This document shows, piece by piece, positions 56,250 through 64,000 of a DNA stretch of 64,000 bases. The translations under genes were made by a program, and so were the position numbers. Origin of the DNA: a virus. The notes beneath the pieces are model-generated. The model saw nothing but the letters and a program-made list of their open reading frames with translations, was not told the DNA's origin and ran no database searches. The stretch lies in IMG/VR virus record IMGVR_UViG_3300042370_000007, positions 3,188-67,187 of that record, one strand, 5' to 3'. Positions within the stretch are counted from its first letter, which is position 1, and every line of letters begins with the position of its first letter.

Positions 56250-56669
56250 TCAATGCACTGGCGCAGGAACGAAAATCAGGCAGAAGGCTGCCGCTCGCCC
56301 GTCGGAACGCGCTACTCCCGCTTCCGGGGCGAGAGTGATGCCAGCCTCGGCGAAAGCGGCGCGCGTGTTGCGCCAAGCCTCGGCGAACTCCGGCGTGCCC
56401 CAGGCATCGGTATCGTGGACCAGGCGAGATCCGGCGCCCCAGACGTCGGCCACGAACGTGCCGAGCGCGTCGGTATCCAGCACCTCGTGCAGCACGCGGT
56501 CAGCCAGGTCGGTCATCGCAAATTTCTGCACCCCGGCATGGCCGCATGCTTCGAGGATGATCCGGAGATCTTGATAGCCCTGCCCAACCTGGTCAGCGGT
56601 CATCCCCGTCGCAATGAGGGATTTCCCGTAAGTCGACGCAACAAAGTCCTGGGTGATCGTCTCAACCAT
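56250..56669 (-). CDS. Hypothetical protein cotranscribed with the PAS-LuxR regulator
   Basis: AGGAGG RBS, overlap with the LuxR stop. Confidence 0.7.
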   Translation of the reverse strand: MVETITQDFVASTYGKSLIATGMTADQVGQGYQDLRIILEACGHAGVQKFAMTDLADRVLHEVLDTDALGTFVADVWGAGSRLVHDTDAWGTPEFAEAWRNTRAAFAEAGITLAPEAGVARSDGRAAAFCLIFVPAPVH

Positions 56670-57732
56670 CTTGCCCTCCTGTTCGCCCCTCCGATGGGGC
56701 CCTCGTGATCGTCGACATCTGAAGGGCCAGTGCCAGCAGCCCCGGTCCGTCGACGGAAAGACCTCGATCGCGCAGGGCCGTTCGCGCCCGACTGATCGCC
56801 GCGTTGATTGTTCCCGGCGTCACATCGAGCTGAGACGCGATCGCCGAGGTAGGCATGCCTTGCATCATCGCCCCAAGCACTTCGACCTCTGACGCTCGAA
56901 GCCCGAGTTCGCGGAGCCAGTCGGCCGCCGGCGAGGAAAGTCGTTGACGCGGCACGGCAGCCAGCACAATGACAGTATTCTCGTGCTCACCGGGCAGCAG
57001 ATTGACGGCGAGCGCCGTTGTCCCGCCTCTACGCCGCAGCAAGGCGAGGCCGCGGCCGCCAGCGACCGCGGCGCGCAGCGCGTCTTGCCAGTGTTGCTCA
57101 TCGTCCGGATGCGCGGCAGCTACACGCCCTCCCGCCGCCGACACGAGCCCGTTGGCCTTGCGCACGAGGTCGTCGAACGCATCGTTGGCGTACAAGCGTG
57201 CGCCGCTCCCGGTCAGGATTGCCGTGCCAACCTCAGTCCGGTTTAGGGCGCGGCGCAATGCTGCAACGTCACGGGTGGCGCGCACGGCCGTTAGCAGGAC
57301 GGCTTCAGGATCAACGTCGGCCAGTTCACCCACCGGATGGCGCAGTTGTATCGACCAGCCGTTGTCGAGGCGGCGATTTGACATCGCCACCCGGCCGGTA
57401 GGATAGGCGTAAATCGTTTGGGTGAAGGTTTGGGTAGTGCGAACAATCTGGGAAACCTCCAGCCACGCTGAAGGGTTTGCCCTCGCAGCAGGATTGCCCA
57501 GCAGACCAGCGCGCTGCAGCAGCCAGAAAAGTTCGGTGTAGGTGAGGCCCACATATTCGGGCACAGGCATCAGCTGGCGCTGTCGCTCGTTTGCGAGGGC
57601 GACCCGGTCGTTAGGGTCAAGAAGGAGAATTGCGCCGCCGACACTGGCCGCGTTGGCTATCAGCGCCGTCGCGGTGTCGCCCAAGTCCGCAGGCAAATCC
57701 TGCAACCCAATGGTGTCGCCCCCGATCCCCAT
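56662..57732 (-). CDS. PAS-PAS-LuxR(HTH) transcription factor
   Basis: ILLLDPNDRVALAN..., AILTGSGARLYANDAFDDLV and LRASEVEVLGAMMQGMPTSAIASQLDVTPGTI motifs. Confidence 0.82.
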   Translation of the reverse strand: MGIGGDTIGLQDLPADLGDTATALIANAASVGGAILLLDPNDRVALANERQRQLMPVPEYVGLTYTELFWLLQRAGLLGNPAARANPSAWLEVSQIVRTTQTFTQTIYAYPTGRVAMSNRRLDNGWSIQLRHPVGELADVDPEAVLLTAVRATRDVAALRRALNRTEVGTAILTGSGARLYANDAFDDLVRKANGLVSAAGGRVAAAHPDDEQHWQDALRAAVAGGRGLALLRRRGGTTALAVNLLPGEHENTVIVLAAVPRQRLSSPAADWLRELGLRASEVEVLGAMMQGMPTSAIASQLDVTPGTINAAISRARTALRDRGLSVDGPGLLALALQMSTITRAPSEGRTGGQDG

Positions 57733-57994
57733 ACGTAAACCGTAACACAACCCAATGGGGCCGCAACCTAGAATCCTAGGGCACCACAAAAACAATCGGA
57801 GATCGCGTAACTCGCTACCAGCCTTAGAAATTGTGCCGCGAATTTTTTGCAATGGCACACGCGGAACGGGCGAGCGATTGGGCACAGATCCTCGGCGCAG
57901 AATGTACTCCCCGGCCGAGCCTAGGCGATGATCACCGAATTACCGACCGATCGTCCAGGTTTTTCGAGCGGGCGCGCCGTGATCGATTGCGGGC

Positions 57995-58261
57995 ATGCGG
58001 CTGCGCACCATCCTCGAACAGAACCTGCGGCTGCTCTGCCACGAGCGCGGCCTGTCGGTCGAGCGCCTGGCCGAGTTGTCGGGCATCTCCGATAGCTATT
58101 GCTGGCGAATATTGCGTAAGCGCGCAGGCATCGGCCTCGATCGGCTGGAGAGGCTGGCAGCCGGGCTCGGCGTACCCGCGTCCCGGCTCCTCGAGGAGAT
58201 CCCGGCCGACACGGTGATGCCGCCGCCGCTGAAGCGCGGCAGAAAGAAAAAGCAGGCGTAA
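57995..58261 (+). CDS. XRE-family HTH regulator
   Basis: NLRLLCHERGLSVERLAELSGIS...LERLAAGLGV. Confidence 0.88.
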   Translation: MRLRTILEQNLRLLCHERGLSVERLAELSGISDSYCWRILRKRAGIGLDRLERLAAGLGVPASRLLEEIPADTVMPPPLKRGRKKKQA

Positions 58262-58326
58262 GCACCCACCGGCCGCTCTCGTGTCGACGAACGGCTTACG
58301 CACCGGTCCGCGCCCGCACTATTTTT

Positions 58327-58376
58327 TGTATATACATTTATGTTGCGGCGGCCCGAATTATTGTATATACAATAAT
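58327..58376. promoter_or_regulatory. BrnTA autoregulatory palindromes
   Basis: Perfect 20-bp palindrome ATTATTGTATATACAATAAT (58357-76) ending just before the ATG; second TGTATATACA at 58327. Confidence 0.7.
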
Positions 58377-58378
58377 CC

Positions 58379-58645
58379 ATGATCACCTGGGACGAACCGA
58401 AGCGCCTCGCCAACCTCGCCCGCCACGGCATCGACCTGGCGCACGCCGAGCGGTTCGGTTGGGAAGATGCGCTGATCGCCCCGACCCACCAGGGCAACAG
58501 CGATCGCCCGCGGTTCAAGGCCATCGGCCTGCTGGGCGACCGGGTGATCGTGGTGGTTTTCTCCCCGCTCGGCACCGAGGCCATCAGCGTGATCTCGATG
58601 CGGCCGGCGAACAGGAAGGAGCGCGAGGGCTATGACCAGTCGTAA
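58379..58645 (+). CDS. brnT: BrnT family toxin
   Basis: ITWDEPKRLANLARHGIDL...VISMRPANRKER. Confidence 0.92.
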   Translation: MITWDEPKRLANLARHGIDLAHAERFGWEDALIAPTHQGNSDRPRFKAIGLLGDRVIVVVFSPLGTEAISVISMRPANRKEREGYDQS

Positions 58646-58919
58646 GGGGTACACGGCGGAGGACGAGGCTGCGGTGATGGACAGCCCGGAATGGACCGAA
58701 GAGGACTTCGCGCAGGCCAAGCGCGGGCGAGATGTTCTGCCCGCCGGCTTTCTGGCCAAGCGGCGCGGCAGGCCTCCGGCGGACGAGACCAAGGAGGCGA
58801 TCAGCATCCGCCTGGACCGGGACGTGATCGCCGCGTTCAAGGCCTCAGGCGATGGCTGGCAAGGCAGGATGAACGATGCGCTGAGGCAGGCGGCAAAGCT
58901 GCCGGCGAAGGAGCGCTGA
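58632..58919 (+). CDS. brnA: BrnA family antitoxin
   Basis: RGRPP...KEAISIRLDRDVIAAFKASGDGWQGRMNDALR. Confidence 0.92.
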   Translation: MTSRKGYTAEDEAAVMDSPEWTEEDFAQAKRGRDVLPAGFLAKRRGRPPADETKEAISIRLDRDVIAAFKASGDGWQGRMNDALRQAAKLPAKER

Positions 58920-59107
58920 ACTAGCGATCCAGGTCGAAACATCGCCCTGGATTGCGCCCAGGCGGCGACCATCTGCGCCATAGCAATCGAGATCCCCGAC
59001 AACGTGTAGCGGCCGCCTGGGCGCCATCTCCTTTGACGCCAGACCAAGGCGGCTTGACTCTCCCTTTGACAACCGATGAGATCATCAGGTGCTTGGGGGA
59101 GCAAACG

Positions 59108-59677
59108 ATGGGCGATCTGATCTATCGCGACAGCAGAATTGAAATCACCGAGGAATTAGTCCGCATAGGGGCGACCTCCTACGCGGTACCGACGATAAAT
59201 TCCGTCACTTCCGGGAAGCCGCCGATCGGCATCGGGAGGATTCTCCTGGCTGGGTTCGGCATGCTCCTGATCCTGTTCAGTCCGGCGTTCTTCCAAACAG
59301 GCTCTCCGCTGGGCGGCCTGATTTGTCTGGCTATCGCCGCCGCCACGATCTGGCCTGCGATCAACAGGTTCTTGAGCCACGCGCTGGAGATATCGACATC
59401 GTCGGGAGCCGTGACAGCACTGATGAGCCGTGATGGCACGTACATCGGCAGGATCCGGCAAGAGATTTTGAAGGCGATGAGCGCGGCCCGCGCGGTAAAA
59501 CCCTCCGCCGACTATCAACCGCCTCCGCGACTTAGGCCGATCGACCAGCCTGCCAGAGTTCAGGCCCCGCCGCCGGGCGACACGATGACCTGTCCCGACT
59601 GCGCAGAGACGATAAAGGCGGCGGCAAAAGTCTGCAGGTTCTGCGGGTACCGAGTGGTGCCCGGTGGCACGGAGTAA
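59108..59677 (+). CDS. DUF6232-like membrane protein with C-terminal zinc ribbon
   Basis: IEITEELVRIGATSYAV, two TM helices, CPDCAETIKAAAKVCRFCG. Confidence 0.7.
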   Translation: MGDLIYRDSRIEITEELVRIGATSYAVPTINSVTSGKPPIGIGRILLAGFGMLLILFSPAFFQTGSPLGGLICLAIAAATIWPAINRFLSHALEISTSSGAVTALMSRDGTYIGRIRQEILKAMSAARAVKPSADYQPPPRLRPIDQPARVQAPPPGDTMTCPDCAETIKAAAKVCRFCGYRVVPGGTE

Positions 59678-60009
59678 TGGCACGCGTCGGAACCGCCGTG
59701 CTCGCCATGGCGCTTAGCGTCGCACCAGCTGCCAGCTGGGCCAAAGACCCGGCATACGCGGCCTATCGCGCTGAAGTCCGGAAGCATACCGAGAAATCCT
59801 ACACGGCCAACAAGGCGCTGATCGACCCGTCCGGTGAGCGCGGCAAAGCGTCCGGCAAGGACCTCGACCATATCAAGCCGGTGAAGCAGTGCTTTCTAAC
59901 AGGACAGTCTGCCTCGAGCTGTGGCGCGGCATCGAACCTGAGGGTGATTGATGCCGGCAAGAACCGCTCGGAAGGGTGTCGAGCGGCCGGCTGTCGCACC
60001 CTAAACTGA
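59677..60009 (+). CDS. Exported HNH-like protein
   Basis: Signal peptide ending SWA-K; DLDHIKP...NLRVIDAGKNRSEG. Confidence 0.6.
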   Translation: MARVGTAVLAMALSVAPAASWAKDPAYAAYRAEVRKHTEKSYTANKALIDPSGERGKASGKDLDHIKPVKQCFLTGQSASSCGAASNLRVIDAGKNRSEGCRAAGCRTLN

Positions 60010-60038
60010 ACCCCGCTTTGGAGAGGCATTCGTCTTTG

Positions 60039-60782
60039 ATGCTCATTGCCAAGCTTCAGATTAAGCGCATGCTCCCGAAGAGCCTCGTGAACGGCGCGGA
60101 TTTCCTTGGCATCGCCGCGTGCGACGATGGCATGGAATACGTGATCAAGGATCGGAGCAGCCATCTCACGACGCCGCACAATGAGTGGTTTTGCAGTTGC
60201 TTGGCCGCAAGCGTCGGAATAGCCGTTCCGCCGTTTGCTCAGGTTGAGCTACCCACCGGAGAATATGCATTCGGATCGCGATGGGAGGGCGGCGTGGCAG
60301 CCGAGGACTGGCGCGTTTTATTGGCAAACAATAAATTAAAAATCGACGAATTCGCTTCTACGCTTTCTAAAATATGGGCCTTTGACCATTTTGTATTTAA
60401 TCCGGACAGACATTTTAGTAACTATATAGTTCGAAACTTAACAAATACCTATGGAATGCTTGCAATAGATTTCTCCCGAGCATGGCTTGACAGTGGATTT
60501 CCACCCGGCGACCTCCCTTTCAAAGACAAAGACAATACCATGATGTGTGCGCGAATGATCACGTCTGTATTTGGCAAGTATCTCATGCAGAATGAAATAG
60601 ATAAAACTTTGAACAGCATTTCAAAAGTGCATGAAGCGAGAGTATCAGACATCATCAATAGTCACCCAAAAAACTGGGTGACAGACACTCAAAGGGATGC
60701 TATACTTTCTTGGTGGAATTCAAGTAGAGACCAACGTCTAGATTTGATACGACAAGGATTTAATGATGGATCGTATCTATGA
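60039..60782 (+). CDS. HipA-like (HipA_2-type) kinase
   Basis: YVIKD, NEWFCSCLA..VGIAVP, FDHFVFNPDRHFSNY and IDFS motifs. Confidence 0.85.
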   Translation: MLIAKLQIKRMLPKSLVNGADFLGIAACDDGMEYVIKDRSSHLTTPHNEWFCSCLAASVGIAVPPFAQVELPTGEYAFGSRWEGGVAAEDWRVLLANNKLKIDEFASTLSKIWAFDHFVFNPDRHFSNYIVRNLTNTYGMLAIDFSRAWLDSGFPPGDLPFKDKDNTMMCARMITSVFGKYLMQNEIDKTLNSISKVHEARVSDIINSHPKNWVTDTQRDAILSWWNSSRDQRLDLIRQGFNDGSYL

Positions 60783-61596
60783 ATACTCAATCTTAGTCGC
60801 AACGCCTGACGACCGCCGGGGCGAAAAAGTCAACATTGGAATCGTGGTTTTCACGAACGAAGGCGTTGACTGCCGCTTTCGCCATGCAGACGCGAAATTG
60901 CGTGCGCTCACTGGCAGAACCTGGGAAGATGCGATTTCCGGTGCAGCAAATTTGCTGAGCAATCTCCGGAGGGCGGGCATACCGCCCACGGACATAGTGG
61001 GCGAACAATCCCTGCTTTCCGGGCTTATTAGGTCATCGTCTCTCGGCTGGTTCAAGGCGTCCGGCGAAGATGACTATCAAGAACAAGTGTCCAGCCTTCT
61101 GGCGGCTCTAGTGGATATACCAGCAAAGGCGAAGGCACAGCGCCAGCCCAGGATCATCACCGAAATGGCGGCGGCCTTTCGCAAGATTAAGCTTCTCGCC
61201 GCGCCCGACGAAGCGATCAAGAAAGGACGGATTGTTCGGAACTATGCTATCGCCGGCAACGAGGGCTTGACCGCCGACTTCGCAATGAAAAATGGTGTAT
61301 TACATGTCGCCAGCGCTTTAGATTTAAGAAAGCAGTCGGCAAATATTGATGAAGCAGCTTACAAATCTATCGTGCTTGATAAGGCAAGGAAGAAGTACAA
61401 GAAGACGCGAACGATCGGTGTGTATGCAGTCGACCCTTCACTAAAAAAACAATTCTCTGAGAACATTACCTTGCTTTCTGATTATTCTCATGACTCCTAC
61501 AACTGGTTGGAGGCAGCTGATCGTGAGAGGTTAATAAAGAGCCTCGCCGATGCCAGCCATGTTCGAGGCACATTACCCTTCAAGCAACTGACGTAG
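60763..61596 (+). CDS. DUF3037 domain protein
   Basis: YEYSILVATPDDRRGEKVNIGIVV N-terminus; overlaps the kinase stop. Confidence 0.8.
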   Translation: MMDRIYEYSILVATPDDRRGEKVNIGIVVFTNEGVDCRFRHADAKLRALTGRTWEDAISGAANLLSNLRRAGIPPTDIVGEQSLLSGLIRSSSLGWFKASGEDDYQEQVSSLLAALVDIPAKAKAQRQPRIITEMAAAFRKIKLLAAPDEAIKKGRIVRNYAIAGNEGLTADFAMKNGVLHVASALDLRKQSANIDEAAYKSIVLDKARKKYKKTRTIGVYAVDPSLKKQFSENITLLSDYSHDSYNWLEAADRERLIKSLADASHVRGTLPFKQLT

Positions 61597-61940
61597 GCCG
61601 TACCAGGGTGCTTTTTTAGGGCCCAATTGAACCCAGACCGATTTCCGTCGGACGGCACCGGCGGAAATTCTCGCTCCCGGCAGTCTGCGAACCCAGCCCG
61701 GGCGACCGGTTTTGTGGCGGCCGTCGAACGGGTCGCCTACGATCAGGGGCTTCCACCCACGCAGACGCGACAGATCCCCCTCGACGATCGCCCAACCTGT
61801 TTCCTTGGCATTTGGCCAGCCTCAGCCGCCGGGACGATTCGATGCGAGCGCAAGGTGACGTCGCTATGGCGGGTGCCCCTGTCCGATCCCCGTTGGAATG
61901 AGCCGAAAAAGCGCGCCGAGTTGCCTCATCGGCAACTTCA

Positions 61941-61990
61941 AATAGGTTTTTGCCTATTGACGTCGCCACCATTATAGGCCTATACCTATT
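61941..61990 (+). promoter_or_regulatory. OL/PL region: two operators and promoter
   Basis: TAGG-N6-CCTA at 61943-56 and 61975-88; TTGACG (61957)-N16-CCTATACC. Confidence 0.8.
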
Positions 61991-62112
61991 TGCACCAGCC
62001 CGCATGGGCCGGTGCAGCCGGAGGCCCTCCGGCGACTGTCCGCCGCCGGCTCCGGTCGGTTTCCTCCCTCCCGAACCTCTGCGTCGGGCCGGCGGCGGAT
62101 AAGGAGGCGGCA

Positions 62113-62706
62113 ATGTCGATACTGGCCCTTCCCTTCGCGCCTCATCTCGCCGGCATTCCGGCACACCTGCTGGCCCAGCGCCTTCGCCTCTGGGTCGATG
62201 ACGGCGAAACCCACGGCGTCGAGATGACGGCCGAAGCTTTCTTCGCTCCCCAAGATCCCGATGTCGTCGATATCGACGACATCGTCGCCACCCTGCTGGC
62301 CGGGCGCACCTATCGCGCCGGCGGCGGCGCGGAGGTCGAGTGGACGGTGCGGATGGCAACGCCCATCAGGTGGGATGCTGCCCAGGGCTGGATACCCGAT
62401 CGCGAAGGCGCCTGCCGGGTGGATATCGCCCACGGGCTGTTCACCACGCTCGCCGAGGCCCGCGCCGCCTTCCTCTACGTGCCGCCCGGCGACGTCGCCG
62501 GCATCGTCGAGACGATCCGCCGTCAGTTGGCAAGCTGCCTGCCCGCCGACGAGGTCTACGTCGAGCGCCGGACCAAGCTGCTGGTCGACATTCTCGACAC
62601 CGCCGACCTGCTGAACGAGGCCGAGCGCATGGCCGATTGGGTTCCGGCCGGCATGCTGCAGGCCGCCGCGCGCGCCGCGGTGGCCGATCTGCGGGGGCGG
62701 CTGTGA
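62113..62706 (+). CDS. First PL-operon hypothetical protein
   Basis: AAGGAGG RBS; starts MSILALP. Confidence 0.7.
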   Translation: MSILALPFAPHLAGIPAHLLAQRLRLWVDDGETHGVEMTAEAFFAPQDPDVVDIDDIVATLLAGRTYRAGGGAEVEWTVRMATPIRWDAAQGWIPDREGACRVDIAHGLFTTLAEARAAFLYVPPGDVAGIVETIRRQLASCLPADEVYVERRTKLLVDILDTADLLNEAERMADWVPAGMLQAAARAAVADLRGRL

Positions 62707-63500
62707 TGGACGGCCCAATCGGTCCCCTCCAAGCCGAAGCGCGCCTCATCGCCTCGACGCTGGAAGAAGCGCATGTCGGCCTGAAGGACGCATTGGCCGG
62801 CCGCGGCGACCAGAGGGACCGGAACCCGATGCGGCTGCGGCCAGCGGTCGACCGATGCATGCAGGGCGTCACATCCATTGCCGCGAATCTGGGCGTCCGG
62901 TTGCCCCGTGATGGCGCACTGACCGAGTGCGCAGGAACCGAGAACGACGTTCTGGCCGCCGCCACCGTGATGGCCCGCGCGGTAAACCGGCTGGCCCGCG
63001 AGCTGGGCGCCGATCGGCAGGATCACGGGCGATTGCTGGCGGACGCCTGGCTCGGCCTGACCTTCTTTGCGCGGCACCACCTCAAGCTCGGCCCGGTCGA
63101 GTTCGGAGGCGGGGCTATCGGTACCGTCGGCGTCAGCTGCCCGGAATGCCGCGCACCGATCAAGATCCGCCTCATGGCCGACGGGATGCGCGACCAGCTG
63201 GTCAGCTACGTCATGAAGCCGGCCGAGGGCGGCATGTTCCCCGCCCGGTCGCTCGCCGCGCACCTTGCCGCGCTGGCCGAGGCCCTGGAGACGACGGGCG
63301 CGGCCGATGCCGGAGTGCCGGTGACCGCGCTGGTCCAGCGGGTCGAGAGCCGGCCGGACGGCGCCTTCGCGATCGACATCCTTTGCGTCCGGCGGCGCAT
63401 CCAGCCGCCGGACCCGCCCAGGGCCGCACCCGGTGCCCCGCCCGTCTATCCCGCCGTCGACGACCCCGAGATCGTCGCCCAAGCCCGGAGGTATTTCTGA
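62706..63500 (+). CDS. Hypothetical protein with CxxC
   Basis: TGATG coupling on both sides; SCPEC. Confidence 0.65.
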   Translation: MDGPIGPLQAEARLIASTLEEAHVGLKDALAGRGDQRDRNPMRLRPAVDRCMQGVTSIAANLGVRLPRDGALTECAGTENDVLAAATVMARAVNRLARELGADRQDHGRLLADAWLGLTFFARHHLKLGPVEFGGGAIGTVGVSCPECRAPIKIRLMADGMRDQLVSYVMKPAEGGMFPARSLAAHLAALAEALETTGAADAGVPVTALVQRVESRPDGAFAIDILCVRRRIQPPDPPRAAPGAPPVYPAVDDPEIVAQARRYF

Positions 63501-64000
63501 TGTCCGACGCGGTCGACCTGATCCCCGTCCTCCTTACGGCCCCGGCGCCCGGCGCCTGCGAAGACCGTATCGCCGCTCCGCCCGCCGCGCCCGCCGAGGA
63601 TCGCCCTCTGACCGGAAGCGAACGCCGCGCCATCGTGACAAAGGATAGGCTGGCGCTGGCGGCGGCATTCCCGGCCGCGTTCTCCAAGGCCGGCGGGATC
63701 AGCCCGAAACGGCCGCTGAAGATCGGGATCGACCGCGACGTCATCGCGCGCGGCGTCATCGGCCTGGATGGGGAGCCGCTCACCAGAAAGCGCATTCGCA
63801 GGGCCATTCACGACTACACGGTTGGGCCACGCTACGCCCGCGGCCTACTGGGTTTCGATGAGCGGATCGACCTGGAGGGCGAGCCGGCGGGTCTGGTCAG
63901 CGCCGCGGCGCGGCAGCGGGCCGAGGCCCGGTTGCAGATGCACGCGCGGGCCGAGCGCCGAAGCCGCGAACTGCGGCAGCTTCGCGCCCAGCGCCGCGCG
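63500..64000 (+). CDS. ProQ/FinO-family RNA chaperone (runs off the window; absent from the ORF track)
   Basis: Manual translation: AFPAAF...PLKIGIDRD...RRAIHDYT..PRY...RIDLEGEPAG.V. Confidence 0.85.
   Translation, partial: MSDAVDLIPVLLTAPAPGACEDRIAAPPAAPAEDRPLTGSERRAIVTKDRLALAAAFPAAFSKAGGISPKRPLKIGIDRDVIARGVIGLDGEPLTRKRIRRAIHDYTVGPRYARGLLGFDERIDLEGEPAGLVSAAARQRAEARLQMHARAERRSRELRQLRAQRRA

Larger units (their letters stand above)
7058..64000. mobile_element. Lambdoid siphovirus-type prophage (continues past the right edge; left boundary uncertain, may include 1-7057)
   Basis: Complete ordered modules: immunity, replication, terminase/portal/capsid, tail, lysis. No integrase or att site in the window. 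Confidence 0.95.

Noticed and set aside
58327-58376. LexA SOS box
   Set aside because: It resembles the gammaproteobacterial box core, but alphaproteobacterial LexA uses GTTC-N7-GTTC; its position fits BrnA autoregulation better.
61597-61940. ORFs 61627-61977 and 61616-62359 in the pre-PL gap
   Set aside because: Low-complexity Arg/Pro-rich translations that overlap the operators and promoter; likely non-coding.
1-64000. tRNA, rRNA, integrase, att site or IS element
   Set aside because: No cloverleaf, rRNA-like, tyrosine/serine recombinase or transposase motifs were recognised by eye; tRNAscan and HMM searches would confirm.

Overview
The window is almost entirely one large lambdoid, siphovirus-type prophage in a high-GC host that is probably alphaproteobacterial (inferred from GapR/DUF2312, DUF6456, DUF1376 and BrnTA content). 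Read on the minus strand from the immunity region, the order is: cro (55.5 kb); an early operon with HTH/PAS and GNAT-fold proteins, a C5 methylase, GapR, an AAA ATPase, RusA, two SNF2 helicases, a radical SAM enzyme, two Mom-like proteins and a DUF1376 replication initiator with iterons; a Q-position DUF6456 regulator with a pR'-like promoter; the cos region; lambda-type terminase, gpW, portal and S49 protease; a P22-type coat protein; the tail module with a G/GT frameshift and a 2053-aa tape measure; lysis genes; an RyR-domain plus Acb2/Tad1-like cassette; and a Dam methylase. A CI-like repressor lacking the S24 peptidase domain, three OR and two OL operators (TAGG-N6-CCTA) and a PL promoter at about 61.96 kb bracket a roughly 6-kb 'rex-position' accessory island (PAS-PAS-LuxR, XRE, BrnTA, DUF6232, exported HNH, HipA-like kinase plus DUF3037). 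The left 5.2 kb carries an SNF2-IbrA-GNAT-IbrB module whose membership in the prophage is uncertain. No integrase, att site, rRNA, tRNA or CRISPR array was seen, and the element runs off the right edge. The best candidates for new biology are: (1) an anti-defence sponge cassette pairing an Acb2-like protein with a stand-alone RyR domain, each preceded by the same 19-bp hairpin; (2) a possible SOS-independent, small-molecule-sensing lysis/lysogeny circuit; (3) a radical SAM plus tandem Mom-paralog DNA hypermodification locus. All family assignments come from motif recognition by eye, without database searches.
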